A stretch of DNA of 64,000 nt from Promethearchaeota archaeon. GTDB taxonomy: Archaea; Asgardarchaeota; Lokiarchaeia; Sigyniarchaeales; SOKP01. Location: positions 96,001 to 160,000 of the forward strand of contig JAEOTP010000016.1 of assembly GCA_016839765.1 (NCBI GenBank), in the 5' to 3' direction. Each line of letters opens with the position of its first letter. Position 1 is the stretch's first letter. The notes under the pieces are model-generated. The model ran no database searches. It worked only from the letters and a program-made list of their open reading frames with translations, and was not told the DNA's origin. The position numbers and the translations under genes are program-made. This document shows, piece after piece, positions 58,788 through 64,000 of the stretch.

Positions 58788-59267
58788 ATGGATCGCCAAT
58801 TACTCTCAAAAATTTTAACCCAAATGAAGGATCATTTGAAAGAAGGAAAAGAAATTGGTGATATGAAAGTTGGAGCTTTACTTGCTCTAGGTCATCAATT
58901 GGAAGCTATCTTTTATTATTTAGGCCATGAACTAGGGACTATTTTAAAAATCAAACAAGGTCAAGATGCTTCGAAAATCCCTATTCTTTTAAAAGAGATT
59001 ATATCAGAATATAATATAGGGAAAGTAGAAATTTCTGAAAGTTCTGATGAAATAGTACAGTTGAAATTAAAAAACCATTCATCTATTAAAGATTTAATTG
59101 GAAAGGGTATTAAAACAGAGGGAAGTTTTTGCTCCTTTGAAGCAGGGTTATTAGCAGGTATAGTAGAAAAAATGAGTAATATTCATTGTTTTGCCCAAGA
59201 AATAAATTGTTGCTTACAAACTGGTAAAGATTACTGTGAATTCATGATAGTTTTCCAAAAGGATTAA
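58788..59267 (+). CDS. V4R-domain protein
   Basis: YYLGHELG, FCSFEAGLLAGI, E..CC..TG.DYCEF. Confidence 0.85.
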   Translation: MDRQLLSKILTQMKDHLKEGKEIGDMKVGALLALGHQLEAIFYYLGHELGTILKIKQGQDASKIPILLKEIISEYNIGKVEISESSDEIVQLKLKNHSSIKDLIGKGIKTEGSFCSFEAGLLAGIVEKMSNIHCFAQEINCCLQTGKDYCEFMIVFQKD

Positions 59268-59365
59268 ATATGAATTTTCTATATTAATTCTTTTATTTAG
59301 ATTAAAGCTTTGAGGGTATTTTTAGTTAAATTTAACAATTTTAAAAAAATAATAAGATAAAGAGT

Positions 59366-60037
59366 TTATATAAAAGTTATATCTTGATAATCTGTATCAG
59401 TCAATTCTTTTTTAGCTACCCCTAAATCCCGAACTTGTTGATTTAGTTTCATAACAGCATCTCTAACAATCTCCTTCTTTTTTGCACCAGTACAAACAAT
59501 TCTACCCGTAGAAAAAATCAAAAATACCGTTTTAGGTTCTTGCATACGATAAATTAGACCAGGAAAAACTTCTGGTTCATACATAGCATATTCCATAACG
59601 ATAGCAGCCATGTTTAAATCTATATTTGTATGTAAGTCACCACTTGCTACAATATTTTGAATTGTTATTTCTGGGTTTGCCACTTTAATTCCTGCTTTTC
59701 TTATATTTTTAACTACTTTATCTACCACGCGTTCTGCTTCTGATGCTCTACGTAATCCGGTTACCACCATTTTCCCAGTTGAAAATATTAAAATTGTCGC
59801 TCGAGGTTTTTCTATTCTCATCACTAATCCAGGAAATCGCTCAGGATTGTATTCAACTTCGGCATGTTTCCGTGCAATTTGATTAAGGTCTATTTTTTCT
59901 GTAATTTCTACAACAACAGTAGCTACAACATTTTCAATTTTGTAGTCTAAATCGCTCTCATAATCAAATTCTTCTTCTTCCTCCGCCTTATCCTCTTCTT
60001 CCTCCTCTTCCTCAAAATCGTTTTCTTCTTCTGACAT
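59366..60037 (-). CDS. tbp: TATA-box-binding protein
   Basis: IENVVA, YNPERFPGL, IFSTGK, YEPEVFPGL, IFSTGRIVCTGAK. Confidence 0.97.
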   Translation of the reverse strand: MSEEENDFEEEEEEEDKAEEEEEFDYESDLDYKIENVVATVVVEITEKIDLNQIARKHAEVEYNPERFPGLVMRIEKPRATILIFSTGKMVVTGLRRASEAERVVDKVVKNIRKAGIKVANPEITIQNIVASGDLHTNIDLNMAAIVMEYAMYEPEVFPGLIYRMQEPKTVFLIFSTGRIVCTGAKKKEIVRDAVMKLNQQVRDLGVAKKELTDTDYQDITFI

Positions 60038-60231
60038 TATTCATCATAAAGTTAAATCTGATTGAAATAAAATGAAAAAATTAAATTAGGTAAAAATGGT
60101 ATTTTTTTTTATATTTTTATTTAAATAAATTATCATTTATAAAGGCATTTATAAATAACTATTTATACAAAATTATTTTACGAAATTCAGTATGAAGATT
60201 TAAAAATAATTTAAAAACATGTTATGAGATA

Positions 60232-60762
60232 TTATATATTTAGATTTTTATCTAATATCTTCTTTGTGATTCTTATAAACGCTTGTTCTACATTTGAACC
60301 CGTTTTAGCAGAGGTAGATATAAATTCCATGTTATACTTTTTAGCAAAATCAATTCCTTCTTTATCTTGAACTTTAATTTTATCATTTAAATCATTTTTA
60401 TTTCCTATTAAAACCAAAGGCTCATTTCCTCTGGCTTGTTTAAAATCTTGGATCCAATCATCAAGTTTGTCTAAAGTTTTTTTCTTTGTACAATCATAGA
60501 CTAACATACCAGCATTTGCACCCTCCAAATAGAGCTTTCTAAGAGATTTAAACGATTCTTGTCCTCCTAAATCCCAAATTTGAGCGGATACTTCCCCATA
60601 TTCTTTAATATTCATCTCTTTTTTTAATAAATTTACTCCCAAAGTGCTTTTATAATTTTCTCTAAATTTATCTTCTATAAATCTATACACCAAAGAAGTT
60701 TTTCCAACATTTGCTTCACCAAGCAAAACGATTTTAATGATATAGTGACCATTTGAATCCAA
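60232..60762 (-). CDS. Rab-like small GTPase
   Basis: GEANVGKTS, TLGV, WDLGGQE, GNKND, TSAK. GGAGG SD before a TTG start. Confidence 0.93.
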   Translation of the reverse strand: MDSNGHYIIKIVLLGEANVGKTSLVYRFIEDKFRENYKSTLGVNLLKKEMNIKEYGEVSAQIWDLGGQESFKSLRKLYLEGANAGMLVYDCTKKKTLDKLDDWIQDFKQARGNEPLVLIGNKNDLNDKIKVQDKEGIDFAKKYNMEFISTSAKTGSNVEQAFIRITKKILDKNLNI

Positions 60763-60934
60763 TTCTGATTAACCTCCTTAAATTCATTTAATTATAACTC
60801 TCTATTATTTTTATAAAAATCATTAACTTACAATATTTCTTGATATTTTCATAATAAAATTTATCCTTATTAATAATTTTCTTCTTGGCTTCAATAAAAT
60901 AAATCCAAGAAAACTTTAACCTGAAAAAAGCTGA

Positions 60935-61288
60935 TTAAAATAAGAGATTTTTTGTATCTACTTTATTATAGATTGCGGTAATAGAATTAATATACTCCTC
61001 ATAAAGATTTTTTATCATCTGAAAACTTTTAGCTTTATTATAAGCAAAAAGAAATAATTGATTCAAACTATAATTATGATTGGATTGATAAATATCTTTG
61101 GTTAAACCAAATAAAGCACTATTTTGATCAATAAAATTACATAAAATATATCTGTTCTCAGTTGTTAAGTTTAGTTCATTTAAAAGGCCATACATTTTTA
61201 AAACTAATGGTCCTTGAAATTTAATTCTCGTGGTTTTAAGTAATTGAAAAAGTTCAAAAAATTTGTTTCTCTTCAATACCGACGACAT
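60935..61288 (-). CDS. Hypothetical protein
   Basis: 117-aa ORF with ATG start and an upstream TATA-like box. Confidence 0.65.
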   Translation of the reverse strand: MSSVLKRNKFFELFQLLKTTRIKFQGPLVLKMYGLLNELNLTTENRYILCNFIDQNSALFGLTKDIYQSNHNYSLNQLFLFAYNKAKSFQMIKNLYEEYINSITAIYNKVDTKNLLF

Positions 61289-61329
61289 AAATAATTAGTT
61301 AGAATTATAATATATTTTCCACAGTAATA

Positions 61330-61346
61330 TCTACGTAATACGTAGA
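61330..61346. promoter_or_regulatory. Palindromic putative transcription-factor site
   Basis: TCTACGTA-A-TACGTAGA perfect 8-bp inverted repeat just upstream of the TATA-like box of the 61288 gene. Confidence 0.5.
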
Positions 61347-61428
61347 AAGTAATTCATTATTTTGGGTATGTGAAAATTAAAATTACTAAAATAGTATTAT
61401 TCAAATTTTCAGGAAATTGAAAAGGCAT

Positions 61429-61701
61429 TTAAAAGGCATAGTCAAAACCTTTAAATTTATTTTTGGGTTGGCTAAACTCATACTCAACTTTTTCTACATC
61501 TGCATATTTTGGGCCCTTCTTTGAGAACTCTAACAATTCATACAATTTATCCTGAGGGCCTTCTGCTTCTATATAAACAGTTCCATCAGGCATATTTTTA
61601 ACAAAACCAGTTAGTCCTAATTTTCTCGCAAATTTTCGTGTAGTATAGCGAAAAAAAACTCCTTGTACTAACCCGTATACTTTTATAGTAAGATTTTTCA
61701 T
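61429..61701 (-). CDS. acyP: Acylphosphatase
   Basis: G.VQGVFFR, GFVKN.PDG.V. Confidence 0.95.
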   Translation of the reverse strand: MKNLTIKVYGLVQGVFFRYTTRKFARKLGLTGFVKNMPDGTVYIEAEGPQDKLYELLEFSKKGPKYADVEKVEYEFSQPKNKFKGFDYAF

Positions 61702-61723
61702 AAAAAATAAGCTTCAAGAATAT

Positions 61724-62857
61724 TTATTTTTTAACCAGATTTTTCATTACTTGAATATTTTCATCTAAATCTTGCCTTGTAATGTTTGGATGAATATCTA
61801 AAGCAAAAATTTCCCTAGTCACCTTCTCTACATTCGGTAAAGAAATTTTGTTATAATCAATCTCCTTTCCGTAAAATGGACAAGACCAAGGACATCCTTT
61901 TGGATAAGCTATTTTTTTTCGAAAGAGCTTAGTCTTGTACAATGGTTTAGGATATAGAACTTTGCTCTTAGGAAATTGTTCAATAAATTGTGATTTATTT
62001 AAACCCATAATTTCAGGGTCAATTCGCCCTATCCAATAATTGAAGGCAGGTTCACAATATTCAGGTATATAAGGAGGAATAATTCCATTGATTTCACTGA
62101 CAGCATCAGATAGATATTGCGCATTTTTATTTCTTACTTCAATAAATTTATCAATTCTTTTTAGCTGCACTTTCCCAATTGCACCTTGGATTTCAGTCAT
62201 TCTATAATTATAACCCAACCGATTGTATACATACCATGAGGGTTCTCCATGGTGTCGTAATAATCGACACTGTTCGGCTAATTCATCATCATTAGTAGTA
62301 ATCATCCCTCCTTCTCCAGTCGTTATATTTTTAGATGGATAAAAACTAAAGCATCCAATATCCCCTAATGAACCAACCTTTTTACCTCTAAATTTTGAAC
62401 CAATTGATTGGCAAGCATCTTCAATAATGTATAAATTATAATCATTGGCTAGATCTTTTAATTCACTCATATCAGCTACCATTCCAGCAAGATGAACAGG
62501 TATTAAGGCTTTTGTTTTATCAGAAATTTTTTGTTTAACTGATTTAGGATCTAAAGTGTAAGTCTTATTATCTATATCTGCAAAAACTGGTATAGCATTA
62601 TTATGTAAGATTGAGCTAGCGGTTGCTATAAAGGTAAATGGAGGAACTATTACTTCATCCCCAGGTCCAATATTTAGAGCAGCTATAGCAATATGTAAGG
62701 CTGCTGTACCAGTATTAATTCCAATAGCATGTTTAACACCTATATATTTAGCATAATCTTTTTCAAAGGATTTTACAGCTTCACCATGAAGTAAGGTCAA
62801 CATTTGGGATTCCATTACTTTAATTACTGCTTTTTGTTCTTCCTCTGCTAAGTTCAT
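61724..62857 (-). CDS. DegT/DnrJ/EryC1/StrS PLP-dependent aminotransferase
   Basis: TGTAALH, FTFIATA, IEDACQS, SFYPSKNITTGEGG, GYNYRM. Confidence 0.93.
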   Translation of the reverse strand: MNLAEEEQKAVIKVMESQMLTLLHGEAVKSFEKDYAKYIGVKHAIGINTGTAALHIAIAALNIGPGDEVIVPPFTFIATASSILHNNAIPVFADIDNKTYTLDPKSVKQKISDKTKALIPVHLAGMVADMSELKDLANDYNLYIIEDACQSIGSKFRGKKVGSLGDIGCFSFYPSKNITTGEGGMITTNDDELAEQCRLLRHHGEPSWYVYNRLGYNYRMTEIQGAIGKVQLKRIDKFIEVRNKNAQYLSDAVSEINGIIPPYIPEYCEPAFNYWIGRIDPEIMGLNKSQFIEQFPKSKVLYPKPLYKTKLFRKKIAYPKGCPWSCPFYGKEIDYNKISLPNVEKVTREIFALDIHPNITRQDLDENIQVMKNLVKK

Positions 62858-62959
62858 AATTTCATCAAATTTGATCTGAATTAAATTTTCTAATTTTAAT
62901 AAAAAAAATTGTAGCCCTCTTAAGAATCTGATTATTTAAGAAAAGGAGATTTGAAATAT

Positions 62960-63598
62960 TTAGAAAATTAAATAATATGTATCATTTATAGTATTATAAC
63001 CAATGATTTCATTCTTAACTAAAGTTTCGATAACACTAGTTAACCATCTTTTACTAGTTTTTATTGATTTTTTAAGCTCTTGAAAACTTAACTCGTCATT
63101 AATAGCTAATAAAAATTGAATCTTGCTTTTTACTTTTAGATGATTAGAGGTTGCTATTTTTTCAAACTTTTTTTGTAAATCATACTCTTTTGTTTTTAAA
63201 TTCGCAACTTCATTACTTAATTTTCCTATAACCTCATCTCTGGTCCTAAAAACATTTAATACTTTTTCTAAAAACATCCGCTCTATATGTTCTTTTAATT
63301 CTTCCTCACTTAATTCAAATTCTAAGGTTTTTTTAAAATCATCCAAAATGCCAATATAATCTTGGCTTTCATCGTATTTGTCTAAGACTAATACGAATAT
63401 TATATCTTTTTCTTCATTATAATAAGAAATAGAATTCCAATTTTTTTCTTCAATTGTTATATGAGATTCTACGAAGTTGTGGGAAATTTGAATCTGTTGT
63501 ACAATATTATCTGGGATATCTACATCATCAGGGTATTTCATATAAATAACTCCTCCAGTAATTTCATCCCATTTAATCAAACAAATACCTAAAGGAAT
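62960..63598 (-). CDS. Asgard hypothetical protein: longin/uDENN-like N-terminus, coiled coil, C-terminal wHTH-like region. Probable ATT start at 63598.
   Basis: GGTGAGG 4 nt upstream of an in-frame ATT gives (M)PLGICLIKWDEITG. The C-terminus reads LSFQELKKSI...LVKNEII.Y. Confidence 0.65.
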   Translation of the reverse strand: MPLGICLIKWDEITGGVIYMKYPDDVDIPDNIVQQIQISHNFVESHITIEEKNWNSISYYNEEKDIIFVLVLDKYDESQDYIGILDDFKKTLEFELSEEELKEHIERMFLEKVLNVFRTRDEVIGKLSNEVANLKTKEYDLQKKFEKIATSNHLKVKSKIQFLLAINDELSFQELKKSIKTSKRWLTSVIETLVKNEIIGYNTINDTYYLIF

Positions 63599-63801
63599 AG
63601 AACCTCACCAAATAAAACCTAATTCCTACTTTTAAATTATAAAAGTTTTTATTAATAAATTTAATTTGAAAATACTAATTTTTCAGTATGCATAACAATG
63701 AATATATCTTAGAAGTATGCTAAATTTGTGTGAGTGACAAGTATTAAATTGACTTAAAAAATAAATAATACAAAAATTATTCTATAAATAGTGAATCTGA
63801 C

Positions 63802-64000
63802 ATGGCTGTTTTTTATGTTTATATATTAGAAACAATTTCTAAAAATAATAGGAAAAGATTTTATACGGGCTACACCAATAACTTAGAAAGAAGACTTAAA
63901 GAACATAAGAAAGGAACTGGCGCTAAATTTTGTCGGGGAAAAAAAGTAATTAGCCTTAAATATGTTGAATCATTCACAGAAAGAAGAAATGCTATGAGAA
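63802..64000 (+). CDS. GIY-YIG nuclease family (UPF0213), truncated by the window end
   Basis: FYVYIL...FYTGYTNNLERRLKEHKKGTGAKF. Confidence 0.9.
   Translation, partial: MAVFYVYILETISKNNRKRFYTGYTNNLERRLKEHKKGTGAKFCRGKKVISLKYVESFTERRNAMR

Noticed and set aside
63802-64000. GIY-YIG ORF as a homing endonuclease or mobile element
   Set aside because: It matches the small stand-alone UPF0213 type, with no intron or host-gene context visible.

Overview
This is a very AT-rich, gene-dense chromosomal window from an Asgard archaeon, almost certainly Lokiarchaeia. The assignment rests on a Loki-type profilin, four Rab-like small GTPases, longin-like domains, an Rpn11-like JAMM protein and eL38, set among archaeal housekeeping genes (thrS, aspS, argS, TBP, thermosome, truD, pth2, map, prs, agmatinase-deoxyhypusine synthase). 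I see no rRNA, tRNA, CRISPR array or transposase. The strongest novelty is a ~475-nt ORF-free element at 17511-17985 on the + strand. It has its own archaeal TATA box, a perfect 11-12 bp 5'/3' terminal helix, a 3' ACC tail, many internal stems and an oligo-T terminator. It lacks the RNase P and SRP consensus motifs, so it is a candidate novel large structured ncRNA. Other notable signals are: apparent ATT/ATC start codons behind strong Shine-Dalgarno sites in about five genes; a membrane gene split by one in-frame TGA; a Cys-to-Asp change at the ThrRS zinc ligand; a Rab-like GTPase/thioredoxin/V4R operon; a shuffled zinc-ribbon module; a duplicated promoter driving a 33-aa membrane peptide; and three complete small ORFs plus a window-truncated GIY-YIG ORF absent from the ORF track.
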